DNA from: a virus
Reading direction: 5' to 3' (one strand)
IMG/VR virus record: IMGVR_UViG_3300036828_000771
Location: 13,590 to 77,589 of that record
DNA length: 64,000 nucleotides
The notes under the pieces are model-generated. The model searched no databases. It saw only the letters and a program-made list of their open reading frames with translations, and had not been told where the DNA came from. Positions 35,300 to 44,707 of this stretch are shown one piece after another. The stretch's first letter is position 1; every line of letters starts with the position of its first letter. A program made the translations under genes and the position numbers.

Positions 35300-36346
35300 C
35301 TAGACCGCAACGAACTCGGGCGGTGTATTCGGCAGCTTCGGCAGCTTCGGATAATCGGAATCCGGTTCAACCGACTTCCCTAAATCATTCGGCCCGAGCG
35401 TGTGCCCGGTCATGGACTTGCTTAGCGCCCGTGCGATCATGATGTTGCGGATGTTCTCGTGCAGTCGACCCTCAGCCCTCTGCATGCGCTCGTGCACACG
35501 CTTCACCAGCTTGGCGGCGTTCGAGCGAGCCCGTGTGCCTTCCGTCATCATGCTGTTGGCGAACTCCACGACGCGGCCCCAGTGCGAAGCGCTGACGCTG
35601 CCATAGAGGTAGAAGAATGCCGCCAGCGCACCGGCCGGGAAATTGCGCTGGCCCTTGAGCATGGTTTCCTTGGAGACTGTGCGAGCAAGTTCAATGGACC
35701 GTGCGAACAACTTGTCCGCCTGATAGCGATCTTCCCAGTAGGCCCGCATCTCCTCGTTCTGGATCACGAGACCACGATTGTGCGGCGTCTCGGACGACAG
35801 GATGGTGAGCCAGCGAATCGCACCGGCAACCGTGCCAGCGTTGGTGACGCCAAGCGCTTCGAGCACGTTGGCGTTGGTCCGCTTGCGGCCCATGTCGAGG
35901 AAGCTGAAGGCGCTGTCCTCGACGCCGAACACGGCGAGCACCCGCAGTTTCTTGCCCGACATCGCCGTTGCAGCCAGCCGTTGGTAGCCGTCGAGCAGCA
36001 CGCCCGTCTTCGAGAAGATGATGGTCTGGCCGGTAAGGCCGAACCAATCGTTGCTGATCATCGCCTCAGCATACTGCTTGATCTTGGCCGCCGAGGTCTT
36101 GCGATTCAGCCGCTTGAAGTCGTCGAGGATGTGCTGGGCGAGTTGTGGGGTGACGGTGATGGTTCGAGCGAAGGGCTCGACCTTGCCGTGCCACCCGCCG
36201 GCATCGACCATGTGCGCCAGCATGGTCTTCTGTTCGTCGATAGTCTGGTTGGTGGGATTGAGATAGAGCTTAGGACGCAGCGCATTTTCGTGCATTGGCA
36301 CGGTGTTGCCGTCAGGCATGGGACGTACTCCAAATGCCGCTGACAT
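35300..36346 (-). CDS. ParB-like N-terminal domain protein
   Basis: VTPQLA...NR...YAEAM...W...IIFSKTGVLLDGYQRLAA. Confidence 0.7.
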   Translation of the reverse strand: MSAAFGVRPMPDGNTVPMHENALRPKLYLNPTNQTIDEQKTMLAHMVDAGGWHGKVEPFARTITVTPQLAQHILDDFKRLNRKTSAAKIKQYAEAMISNDWFGLTGQTIIFSKTGVLLDGYQRLAATAMSGKKLRVLAVFGVEDSAFSFLDMGRKRTNANVLEALGVTNAGTVAGAIRWLTILSSETPHNRGLVIQNEEMRAYWEDRYQADKLFARSIELARTVSKETMLKGQRNFPAGALAAFFYLYGSVSASHWGRVVEFANSMMTEGTRARSNAAKLVKRVHERMQRAEGRLHENIRNIMIARALSKSMTGHTLGPNDLGKSVEPDSDYPKLPKLPNTPPEFVAV

Positions 36347-36449
36347 GCCCAGCGGCGTGGCGGCGTCAAATTAGGGCGTCCGCCAAGTTCTGGCAATCAA
36401 CAAAATAGGGCGTGCCTAAAGTAGGCGGTGAAGTGCTATAGGTAGCCCC

Positions 36450-36689
36450 ATGCCAGCACCACGAGAATTTCGCCGGGCCGTGCGCCTGCTCGGCGGATCA
36501 CACCGTACTGCCAAGATGTCCGGGGTCGGCCGCACGCGCATCGACTACTGGCTCAACAAGAACGTCCCGCGCTGGGCGAAAGACGATGTCGAGCGTATCA
36601 TCAGCTTGGCGCAAGATGCCAAGAACTGGAAAGAGGGGAACTGCCATGGCGAAACGCAAGGCAAGGCCAAAGACAAAGCGCGCCACTGA
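36450..36689 (+). CDS. Cro-like HTH regulator
   Basis: AVRLLGGSHRTAKMSGVGRTRIDYW; first gene right of the divergent junction. Confidence 0.65.
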   Translation: MPAPREFRRAVRLLGGSHRTAKMSGVGRTRIDYWLNKNVPRWAKDDVERIISLAQDAKNWKEGNCHGETQGKAKDKARH

Positions 36690-37323
36690 CCACGCCGACT
36701 TCGCGGGGTCGAAGGCCGACAAAGCCGAGGTCAAGCGGCTGGCCGCCGCTGGCGAGGCCAAGAACCGCAAGGGTCGTAAGAAGGCCAACGGTTCCAGTCC
36801 GGGCCTGCCGCTCACCGGCGGTGGTAACGTCGGCCAGCCCAGCGTCGAGTCCGTCAGCCGGCACATCAAGGACATCCGAGGCGCGATCAATCGCTACAAC
36901 AAGGCGTCGCAGACTGCTCGCGATCTCAAGAAGGTCGTGAACAACTACTTCAAGACCGCCGAGACCGATGGCCTCGACATCAAGGCGCTGAAGAAGAAGT
37001 TCGCCGACGAGAATCGCCCAGTCGGTGAGGTCATCGCCGAACGCCGCAACATCGCCCGCTACGAGAAGATCGACGGCGGTGGGATCGGCACCCAGTGGAA
37101 TCTGCTCAACGACGAGGGCGTGGCGAACAAGATCGACGCCTACGCTTCGGGCGAGCACGCCGGCATGAACGGTGAGCCGCGCGACAACAACCCCAACATC
37201 CCGGGCTCCGATGACGCCCAGCGCTGGTCAGCCGGCCATGCTGCTGGAGCAGCCAAGGCCGACGCGGTCTTCGACAATGCTCGGCCGCCGCAGGAGCCGC
37301 CGCCCGAACCCGAAGCCGCGTGA
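36646..37323 (+). CDS. GapR(DUF2312)-like domain plus Rmf/CrpP-like C-terminus
   Basis: FKTAETDGLDIKALKK; AYASG..AG.NG....NP...W.AGH. Confidence 0.5.
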   Translation: MAKRKARPKTKRATDHADFAGSKADKAEVKRLAAAGEAKNRKGRKKANGSSPGLPLTGGGNVGQPSVESVSRHIKDIRGAINRYNKASQTARDLKKVVNNYFKTAETDGLDIKALKKKFADENRPVGEVIAERRNIARYEKIDGGGIGTQWNLLNDEGVANKIDAYASGEHAGMNGEPRDNNPNIPGSDDAQRWSAGHAAGAAKADAVFDNARPPQEPPPEPEAA

Positions 37324-37811
37324 GCGGCCGGCTCCTCGCCCTCGACCCCTCGAAGCAGGTCGGCTGGTGCCTGATGCTGCGCGATGAGACGCCGGATTTC
37401 GGCACCGTCGACTTGGAGAAGTATCCAACCCTGCACGAGCGGCTCGGCCGCTTCGGCGACTGGCTGATCGGCTTCCACCGCACCAGACCGTTCTCTGCGA
37501 TGTCGTGGGAAGCCCCGCTGCTCATGCCGCATGACAAGATGGAGCAACTGCTCCTGCTGTACGGCCTGCAAGCGCTCTGCCGTCACTTCGTGTGGACCCA
37601 TCACATGCCATGGCAGACTGTCACGCCCAGCATCGTCAAGGCCACGCTCACGGGCATGGCACGGGCTCCCAAGGGCGAGAAGATCGACAAAGACGCGATG
37701 ATCGCCGCCGCCTATAAGCTCGGCTGGGAAGTCCTCGATCACCATCAGGCCGACGCCGGTGGGGTCGGGCTCGCGACCTACTCGCTGATTTTCCCCAAGG
37801 TCGAAGCATGA
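37320..37811 (+). CDS. RuvC-like Holliday junction resolvase
   Basis: LLALDPS..VGW, WEAP, PSIVKATLTG and HQADA motifs. Confidence 0.75.
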   Translation: MSGRLLALDPSKQVGWCLMLRDETPDFGTVDLEKYPTLHERLGRFGDWLIGFHRTRPFSAMSWEAPLLMPHDKMEQLLLLYGLQALCRHFVWTHHMPWQTVTPSIVKATLTGMARAPKGEKIDKDAMIAAAYKLGWEVLDHHQADAGGVGLATYSLIFPKVEA

Positions 37812-38035
37812 TGGAGAGAACGATGGATTGGGCAGATATGGCATTTCTGGCAGGCGGCGTCGCGCTCGGAGTCGTGATCGCCATCGTCGCCTTCTTCGGT
37901 CTGGTGGCACTCGCTATGCCCGGCAATCCCGGCCGGCGCGACCCAGCGGAATACGAGCCGAGGAGCCGGCGTCGCTCGGTCTACTTCGACCCAAAAGAGG
38001 GGCCGCCGTGGAATCGCAAGCGCCCGATCCGCTGA
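37808..38035 (+). CDS. Small membrane protein
   Basis: Single TM segment. Confidence 0.45.
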   Translation: MMERTMDWADMAFLAGGVALGVVIAIVAFFGLVALAMPGNPGRRDPAEYEPRSRRRSVYFDPKEGPPWNRKRPIR

Positions 38036-38211
38036 CCGAGCGCGAGAAGAAACTGGAGGCGGTCCTGCGTCTAGGGCAAGAGATGCGGCGCGCACAGACC
38101 GACTACTTCAGCCTGCGCTCCCAAGCACTGCTGATCCGGTCGAAAGAGCTTGAGCGCCAATTCGACTATGAGGCTGCCGAAGCCCTCGACGAACCCGACC
38201 TATTCGGCTAG
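38008..38211 (+). CDS. Hypothetical protein
   Basis: MRRAQTDYF..RS...L..SKELERQFD...DLF; the ending resembles a clamp-binding motif. Confidence 0.55.
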   Translation: MESQAPDPLTEREKKLEAVLRLGQEMRRAQTDYFSLRSQALLIRSKELERQFDYEAAEALDEPDLFG

Positions 38212-38348
38212 ACCCTAAATTGTGCGGACAACGACCTGTCCATTGGTCGCTGCCCGGTGGGATAAGCAGGTCGTGGTTATCCCCAATGACCGCGCACCTT
38301 CTCCCCCTCCTGCCGGGCTAACGCACAGCCAGTCGACATGATATAAAA

Positions 38349-38391
38349 CTGCCGCGTCCTCCAGTTTGTCGACCGGGTTGGGACGCGGCAG
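38349..38391 (-). terminator. Intrinsic terminator
   Basis: 11-bp stem CTGCCGCGTCC/GGACGCGGCAG followed on the minus strand by TTTTATAT; between convergent genes. Confidence 0.65.
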
Positions 38392-38402
38392 GTAGTGGTT
38401 TT

Positions 38403-38942
38403 CTAAGCGGCGCGTTGCATCTCACGAATGAGCGCGTCTGCTTTCTTCTCGATCTTCACAAAGTCGGCTGCAATCTCGGCCATGCGACGCCTTACCGGCA
38501 TCGATGGTGCAGTCCGCGACACCGCTTCCAGCGCCTTCGACTCGTTGGCGCTCTTGCGATGCACTTCGCGTAGGGTACTGACGATACCAGCGTCGATGTG
38601 GCGTTTGTGATCTTCGTTGAAGATCGTATCCTTGTCGTCCCACAGGACAGCGTTGAAGCGATCCTCGTCGCCCTTCACCAGCACCTCGCGACCGTCCGCC
38701 ATATGCACTTTTCGAGTCGGTCTAGGCTGGCCGCGTCTCACATGCGGGATCGTCCATCCGTACTGCTCGGGATGCCTCCGCAGATACACTATGGCGTTAT
38801 CGACAACACCCTTCGAGATGCGCTCACCCAGATGGCGGCTGACCTTGCGAGCGAGTCCCTTGAGGGTTGTCGCAGGCAGGCAGTGCCATATAGCGTCGAT
38901 GATCGCATCACGACGAGTAGTCGGCTCGATTTTGTCTGTCAT
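38403..38942 (-). CDS. Hypothetical wHTH-like protein
   Basis: TLKGLARKV...ISKGVVDNAIVYLR. Confidence 0.55.
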   Translation of the reverse strand: MTDKIEPTTRRDAIIDAIWHCLPATTLKGLARKVSRHLGERISKGVVDNAIVYLRRHPEQYGWTIPHVRRGQPRPTRKVHMADGREVLVKGDEDRFNAVLWDDKDTIFNEDHKRHIDAGIVSTLREVHRKSANESKALEAVSRTAPSMPVRRRMAEIAADFVKIEKKADALIREMQRAA

Positions 38943-38988
38943 TTTCTCTCTTCACCTCCCTTCCCGGTCGAGTGATCGCGGCAGGCCT

Positions 38989-39819
38989 TCAGCCCGTCGC
39001 GACGTACAAGTGACCGCGCTTGTTCGGGCTCGCCTTGGCGAGCTTGTCCACAATTCCTTTCAGCAGGTTCATCGCCGTCAGCGCGTCCTCGCGGTACACG
39101 TCGAGCGCCGACTCACGCACACTGGAGAGAAGTTCCGTGGTCAACTTCCTGTCGATCTGCTTCACCAGTACGACCAGACCACCGAGGTCCGCCGACACAC
39201 CCGATTCGATGACCGCCTGCGGTTCGACTTCCTCGGTGATGATGCCGGTACGTGCGGGCGGCGGGCGGCGGGCCGCGATCTTCGCGGCTTCCAGCTTCTC
39301 AGCTTGCTCGGCGAGTTTGGCGCGAGCAGCGGCCTTGTCGGTCGCTTTGATGACGGCTTCGCGTGCCTCCTTGACGGCCTTCTTCTGCCGTTCGAGTTCG
39401 CGCTGAGTGCGCTCACGTTCGGCCTCGCGCTCCTTCTCTTCGACCCGGCGCTGGGCTGCGCGGACAGAGAGGATGTAAGGACCACCGATTTTCTTGCCCC
39501 TCGCGCCCTTCCTGATGGCGTCGAGCATGTCAGGCGTGCCTGCTACCCGGTGTGCATAGAAGGACAGGTCGGGATGACGCCGCGACTTTGGAAAGTCGTG
39601 GGCTGTTTGGCGGATGAAGCCTAGGGCGCGAGGATCGTAGTCCTCATAACCATGCAGTTCGAGGTAGGCGGCAGCAGCCGTCAGCTTCTCATAGCTGCCG
39701 TCATTCATATTCTGTTCGCTTGGCTTGCCGACTTCGGCCAGCAGTGCATCACCGATGGCCCACTTGGACTGTTGCTCCTTCTTCACCGCAGCGAGAAGCA
39801 GCGGATACTCTTTCTTCAT
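38989..39819 (-). CDS. Hypothetical coiled-coil protein
   Basis: WAIGDAL and LSFYAHR motifs; RBS AAGGAG. Confidence 0.6.
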   Translation of the reverse strand: MKKEYPLLLAAVKKEQQSKWAIGDALLAEVGKPSEQNMNDGSYEKLTAAAAYLELHGYEDYDPRALGFIRQTAHDFPKSRRHPDLSFYAHRVAGTPDMLDAIRKGARGKKIGGPYILSVRAAQRRVEEKEREAERERTQRELERQKKAVKEAREAVIKATDKAAARAKLAEQAEKLEAAKIAARRPPPARTGIITEEVEPQAVIESGVSADLGGLVVLVKQIDRKLTTELLSSVRESALDVYREDALTAMNLLKGIVDKLAKASPNKRGHLYVATG

Positions 39820-40078
39820 CTCTTAATCTCCTTCCGAGGACGATCGTGTCGATGGTCCTCTATAACCCGTTGAAAAACCTTAGAAACCTCTAAGTGGCGA
39901 ACTACTTAGGGTGTTAAGGCACCCCGTCAACTCGTCGAGGTACGATGTAGGGCACGCCCTATATATCGTCAAGCTAACGATTGCCAGTTTTTTGCAGGAT
40001 TGGCCTTGTGCCGGTCAGACGACCAGCCTACATGGAGGCGGCCCTATTTTTGGGGCATAACACTTATGGAGACCACCG

Positions 40079-41173
40079 TTGTCTGAACTTCAGGATACCT
40101 ACGCCGCCGAATTGCGGCACTCTGTGCAGCAGAAAAACCGCTGGCACAGAATCGTCTTGGCCACCTGCTCAGTCGTGCAGGGCACCGCCGTCTACTTCGG
40201 CCTCGGCGGTCTGATGACCGACACCGGATTCGCCGGCACCACCATTCCCATCGTCGTCGGGCTCGGCACCGCCATCGTGCTCTACATGACATGGGACATC
40301 TTTTTCACCAATTTCCCGCTGCTCCACTCGCCAGTGCGTCAGGTTATGGCCGCCGCCTTCGCCATCGTCATGGGGCTGGCAACGGTCGGTATGTCGTCGT
40401 GGTTCATCGCCGCCGCCATCGGCGGGGATCAGGCCATCGTCGCCCACCAGCAGGACTACGTGAAGGAAGCGACGCGCCAGTTCGAGACCGCGCTGCACAA
40501 TTCCAAGCACGAGGATGCGGTGCAGACCAAGGCGTTGGAGATCAGCGCCTACTGGCGAGCCAAGGCCGAGGGCGAGGAGAAGTTCGGCTCCAGCAAGACC
40601 AAACCGGGTGCCGGTCCCGATGCGCTGCTGCTGACCAAGGTTGCAGCGAACGCTCAGGCGTTTGCCGCTCACGTTCAGGCGAAGCGCGACGAAGCCGACG
40701 CCTTGTACGCTCAGGGCAGTACGTTGATCGCCGACATGGGCAACATCACCGAGCCACACAAGTTCATCGCCGAAGCCGCCAAGCTCAAGGCGCTGCTGGT
40801 CAAGCTCGATGCCACCACGGCGGCACCTGATGCGATGAATCTCGGTATCGTCATCCCCGAGAGCAGGAGCGATGATCACTACTCCATCGAGAAGCAGACC
40901 ACCGACCTTCGCAAGGTCGCCAAGGAAGTCATCGGTGAGCACGAGAAGATCGTATTCGACGCCTTCGTGCCGATGTCACCCGCCATCGCCGTCATCCGCC
41001 ACGCTGGCGCGGCCCCCGGCGGCTGGATCGTCGGCGTCGTGCTCGACCTCGTACCCATGATCCTGCTGCTCGCCATGATGATGCTGCACGGCGAGGCGCG
41101 CGAGCCGTTCGTTCGGCGCACGCCCTTTGCCCCGTCAGCCGACGTGGTGCCGATGCGCCGGCCGGCGGAGTAG
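40079..41173 (+). CDS. Membrane protein with large coiled-coil domain
   Basis: Three N-terminal TMs, a helical region and a C-terminal TM. Confidence 0.65.
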   Translation: MSELQDTYAAELRHSVQQKNRWHRIVLATCSVVQGTAVYFGLGGLMTDTGFAGTTIPIVVGLGTAIVLYMTWDIFFTNFPLLHSPVRQVMAAAFAIVMGLATVGMSSWFIAAAIGGDQAIVAHQQDYVKEATRQFETALHNSKHEDAVQTKALEISAYWRAKAEGEEKFGSSKTKPGAGPDALLLTKVAANAQAFAAHVQAKRDEADALYAQGSTLIADMGNITEPHKFIAEAAKLKALLVKLDATTAAPDAMNLGIVIPESRSDDHYSIEKQTTDLRKVAKEVIGEHEKIVFDAFVPMSPAIAVIRHAGAAPGGWIVGVVLDLVPMILLLAMMMLHGEAREPFVRRTPFAPSADVVPMRRPAE

Positions 41174-41176
41174 ACC

Positions 41177-41365
41177 ATGCCCAACCCCATCATGACGGTC
41201 GCCAACTTGCGCTCGGTGCTCAGCAAGATCGGCCCAGAGTTCGATAACTGCCCGGTGGCCATCTGGCTCCCGGACAGCCGGGTCGATCTTCATCAGTTGA
41301 TCAGCAGGAAGCCAGTGCAAGGCTCGATCTTGATCGAAGGCAACCTGCGCCCCGGTGGCCGATGA
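41177..41365 (+). CDS. Hypothetical protein
   Basis: Packed ORF. Confidence 0.5.
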   Translation: MPNPIMTVANLRSVLSKIGPEFDNCPVAIWLPDSRVDLHQLISRKPVQGSILIEGNLRPGGR

Positions 41366-41595
41366 CCCCCGCCGCTCTCACCAACGTCATCGCCACGCTG
41401 CTTGAGCTTGCCGGTGATGCCATCACGGTTGATGTCTTCACCACGGAATCCAACGGCTGTTACACCGGGTTGGTTGTGCCACGCATCAACGACGGCACCG
41501 TGCTGGTGCTGAGGGATGCCAACGACGTGACCCGCGACTACGAGTGGTACATCGCCTGCGAGCACATCGTCGCGATCAGGATGGCCCAGCCATGA
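41362..41595 (+). CDS. Hypothetical small beta protein
   Basis: ATGA overlaps; WYIACEHIVAIR ending reminiscent of Sm-like folds. Confidence 0.5.
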   Translation: MTPAALTNVIATLLELAGDAITVDVFTTESNGCYTGLVVPRINDGTVLVLRDANDVTRDYEWYIACEHIVAIRMAQP

Positions 41596-41867
41596 CCCGC
41601 CTGATCGAGTGGCTGTTCCTCAGCCTCGTCCCCATCTTGCTGATCGCCGGCATCGCTGACCACGCCCACGCCCGGGATCGCAAGGTGGCGCAGGAGTTCG
41701 AGCGCCTCAACCCGTGCCCATCGACCGGCCGCACCCATGGCGCGTGCCCGGGCTACGTCCGAGACCATGTCATACCGCTCTGCAAGGGCGGCCCGGACTC
41801 CGTCGACAACATGCAGTGGCAGACCGTCGCCGAGGGCAAAGCCAAGGACAAATGGGAGTGCAAATGA
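41592..41867 (+). CDS. HNH-motif protein with signal-peptide-like N-terminus
   Basis: NPCPSTG...CPGYVRDHVIPLCKGGPDSVDNMQW. Confidence 0.75.
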   Translation: MTRLIEWLFLSLVPILLIAGIADHAHARDRKVAQEFERLNPCPSTGRTHGACPGYVRDHVIPLCKGGPDSVDNMQWQTVAEGKAKDKWECK

Positions 41868-41914
41868 CGCGCGAGGCAGCGCGCTGATTTCCCCAGAACA
41901 TACAGGAGACATCA

Positions 41915-42090
41915 AACCTTAACAGTCTTGATCCTGCTCCCAAAAGGCGCAGGGTCAGCGCTGCCGGGGACAAGAGGGCGACGGTCCTTTTCCCCAACCC
42001 ACCAGCCAGCCGACAGCGCTTCGGACCCCGACGCTGTTGGGTGCTGTTGGTGGAAGGATACCCGGCGGCGTCTCTACTGTTGAGGGGTTC
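41915..42090 (+). ncRNA. Putative structured RNA/leader upstream of proQ
   Basis: Four nested or adjacent stems identified by eye (see findings). Confidence 0.5.
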
Positions 42091-42091
42091 G

Positions 42092-42430
42092 ATGTCCGAG
42101 TTTCATCGCGCATTGGAGCTTTTAGCGGACCTCGGACACCCGTTGTTCATGCGCATGAACGCCGAACACCGCGCCGTGCCGATGGCCATCGGCATCGCCA
42201 AGACCGTCCTCGACAACATCGACACGCTGCGCCGCCCGGCCGTCAAGCGCTCGATCAGATCGCTGACCAACTCCTACCAGTATCTCGATGCGCTCAAGGC
42301 CGAGGGAGCCAAGCGCCACGATCTCGCCGGCAATCCGGTCGGGCCGGTCTCGTCTGACCATCAGACTGCCGCGCGCGAGCGGCTCAAGATCATGCACCGG
42401 AGGAAGCACCCACCCCAACCCAAGGGATAG
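42092..42430 (+). CDS. ProQ/FinO-domain RNA chaperone
   Basis: HPLF...PMAIGI...LTNSYQYL...GAKRHDLAGNPVGPVS..HQ.AA signature. Confidence 0.85.
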   Translation: MSEFHRALELLADLGHPLFMRMNAEHRAVPMAIGIAKTVLDNIDTLRRPAVKRSIRSLTNSYQYLDALKAEGAKRHDLAGNPVGPVSSDHQTAARERLKIMHRRKHPPQPKG

Positions 42431-42435
42431 ATGCA

Positions 42436-43587
42436 GTGCAGTACCATCCGCTTGCCAACATCTTCCCGCTGATCGACGGCGAAGCCTTCGACGCCCTGAA
42501 GGCCGACATCAAAGCGAAGGGCCTGCGCGAGCCCATCGCTCTCTACCAGAAGCAGATACTGGACGGCCGGAATCGTTTCCGCGCCTGCAAGGCCGTTCGC
42601 GTGCGCCCGAAGTTCGAGACCTATCGGGGCAAGGACCCGCTCGGCTACGTCATCAGCCTGAACGTCAAGCGCCGGCACCTCGACGAATCCCAGCGCGCCA
42701 TGGCCGGCGCGCGCGTCGCCACGCTGCCATGGGGTGTCCGCAAGGATCGGCAACAGGGACCAATTGGTCCCTCTATGACCATGCCCGAAGCGGCGAAGAT
42801 GATGAACGTCGGCACGATGTCGCTGAAGCGCGCCCGGCTGGTGCTGGACAAGGGCGACAAGGACATCATCGCCGCTGTCGAAGCTGGCGACCTCGCCGTC
42901 GATGCTGCTGCCGAAGCCATCAAGCTGGAGATCGAGGAGCGCCGCGAGATCGCCAAGCTGGCCCGCCTGAAGTCGGGACAGGGCCGCAAGCTCGTGCGCA
43001 AGGTCATCAAGCGTAGCAAGCGCCGCAAGGTCGAGGAGGCGCTCGCCGAGCAGATCGCCGCGCTGCCCGACAAGAAGTACGGCGTCATCCTCGCCGACCC
43101 GGAATGGAAGTTCGAGACGTGGTCGGACGATGGGCAGAACAAGAACGCCGCCCTCCACTATGCCGTGAGCGACCTCTCCGACATCAAGGCGCGCGACGTG
43201 CCCTCAATTGCGGCCAAGGACTGCGTACTGTTCCTGTGGGCAACCGTGCCCATGCTGCCGCAGGCACTGGAGGTCATGGCAGCGTGGGACTTCGAGTACA
43301 AGACCCACTTCGCGTGGGTGAAGGACAAGACTGGCACCGGCTACTGGAACAAGAACCAACACGAGCTTCTCCTGCTCGGCACCAAGGGCAACATCCCGTC
43401 GCCAGCCGATGGCACCCAATGGTCGACCGTCATCCATGCACCACGCGCCCGACACAGCGAGAAGCCCGAGAAGGCCCTCGAACTGATCGAGGCTTACTTC
43501 CCCAACCTGCCCAAGATCGAACTCAACCGGCGCGGCCCCGCTCGACCCGGCTGGGATGCTTGGGGAGCGGAGGCCGAGCATGCCTGA
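42436..43587 (+). CDS. ParB-like domain fused to MT-A70 adenine methyltransferase
   Basis: GLREPI...ILDGRNR; ILADPEW, LFLWAT, TGYW, HELLL and HSEKP motifs. Confidence 0.85.
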   Translation: MQYHPLANIFPLIDGEAFDALKADIKAKGLREPIALYQKQILDGRNRFRACKAVRVRPKFETYRGKDPLGYVISLNVKRRHLDESQRAMAGARVATLPWGVRKDRQQGPIGPSMTMPEAAKMMNVGTMSLKRARLVLDKGDKDIIAAVEAGDLAVDAAAEAIKLEIEERREIAKLARLKSGQGRKLVRKVIKRSKRRKVEEALAEQIAALPDKKYGVILADPEWKFETWSDDGQNKNAALHYAVSDLSDIKARDVPSIAAKDCVLFLWATVPMLPQALEVMAAWDFEYKTHFAWVKDKTGTGYWNKNQHELLLLGTKGNIPSPADGTQWSTVIHAPRARHSEKPEKALELIEAYFPNLPKIELNRRGPARPGWDAWGAEAEHA

Positions 43588-44179
43588 AGCCTATTCGATT
43601 CGCGGACTGCCCAACGACCGACAGAAGCATCTGATCCGGCTCACCGAGTTCGAGGAGACTGTCGCAGCGCGCATCGCGCACGACCGGCGCTCCATCAACA
43701 ACCGCTTCACCGTCCACCAGAATCCCGACCAGCAGTTACTGGGCGCTCGCGCCGAGATGGCGTTCTGCAAGGGCATGAACGTGTCGATCAAGCACCTCAA
43801 CGTCATAGAGGACTACGACGCCATCCTGTGCGGCCAGCGCTGCGACATCAAAGGCTACCGGCCGCACTACCAATACCATCATGTGGCAAAAACGCTGCGC
43901 CAAGTGTTCGAGCAGCGCGCGTTCGACTGGTACATGGCGATGGTCGCCCACGACGACGGCGCACTCGAATGGATCGGCGGCATGACCAAGGCCAGATTCG
44001 CCGCCTGCTATCACATCTCACCCGGACCCGAGCACGGCCATGATCTCGACGAAGGTACGCCGTGCGTGCCGTTCAGCATGCTGACCAAGCCGCAGCGTTG
44101 GTGCACCGCCGTCCAGTGCGGCCAGCGCTGCGACAAGCGCTGCCCGTGGAACGCAGAGGCTCAACAACCAACCCCGTGA
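43580..44179 (+). CDS. Putative PD-(D/E)XK nuclease-like protein
   Basis: GARAEMAF...DYD...CDIK pattern. Confidence 0.45.
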   Translation: MPEAYSIRGLPNDRQKHLIRLTEFEETVAARIAHDRRSINNRFTVHQNPDQQLLGARAEMAFCKGMNVSIKHLNVIEDYDAILCGQRCDIKGYRPHYQYHHVAKTLRQVFEQRAFDWYMAMVAHDDGALEWIGGMTKARFAACYHISPGPEHGHDLDEGTPCVPFSMLTKPQRWCTAVQCGQRCDKRCPWNAEAQQPTP

Positions 44180-44188
44180 GAAGGGACC

Positions 44189-44707
44189 ATGTGTAACCTG
44201 CATGCCGAACTGCATCGTGCGAATCTGCATTCCAGAAATCGGATGGTCGATGGCCTGCTAGCCACGCTGGTATCGCCCAAGCTGCGCACCGTGGTCGGTA
44301 TCGACCACGTCGAAATTTACGACGGCCACTATACGCCGTTGGCCGGCGGCTCGTTCGGCCTGATCATCGGTGTCGTCGAGTTCGGTGATCTCGTCGACCT
44401 CGCCGCCCTCGATCTTGACAGCGAGCGAATCGGCACCCGCCTCGGTGTCGGTCGTGCACTGGGCCATGATGCGCTGGACTACGCCCGCCACAATGGCACT
44501 ACGGTTTACCTGCGCGAGCGCGTGGTCGACTGGCTACACGAACCTGACGCCGCCGCCTTCATCCTCGACTGGTCGCTCGCCGGTCCGCTGCTCGGTGCTG
44601 ACATCGGTGACTGGCGGCTGCGCTGTGCAAGCTGGGACCTCGCCCACGTTGTCGCCAAGGTACTCGACCGGCCGTTGCCCCGGCCGCGCATCGAGGTTCA
44701 GCGATGA
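44189..44707 (+). CDS. Hypothetical replication-region protein
   Basis: DLVDLAA...G..RALG; coupled to the helicase gene. Confidence 0.6.
   Translation: MCNLHAELHRANLHSRNRMVDGLLATLVSPKLRTVVGIDHVEIYDGHYTPLAGGSFGLIIGVVEFGDLVDLAALDLDSERIGTRLGVGRALGHDALDYARHNGTTVYLRERVVDWLHEPDAAAFILDWSLAGPLLGADIGDWRLRCASWDLAHVVAKVLDRPLPRPRIEVQR

Noticed and set aside
36347-36689. Lambda-type cI/cro lysogeny switch
   Set aside because: The leftward gene is ParB-like rather than a cI/S24 repressor, and no integrase or att site is visible; lifestyle cannot be called from this window
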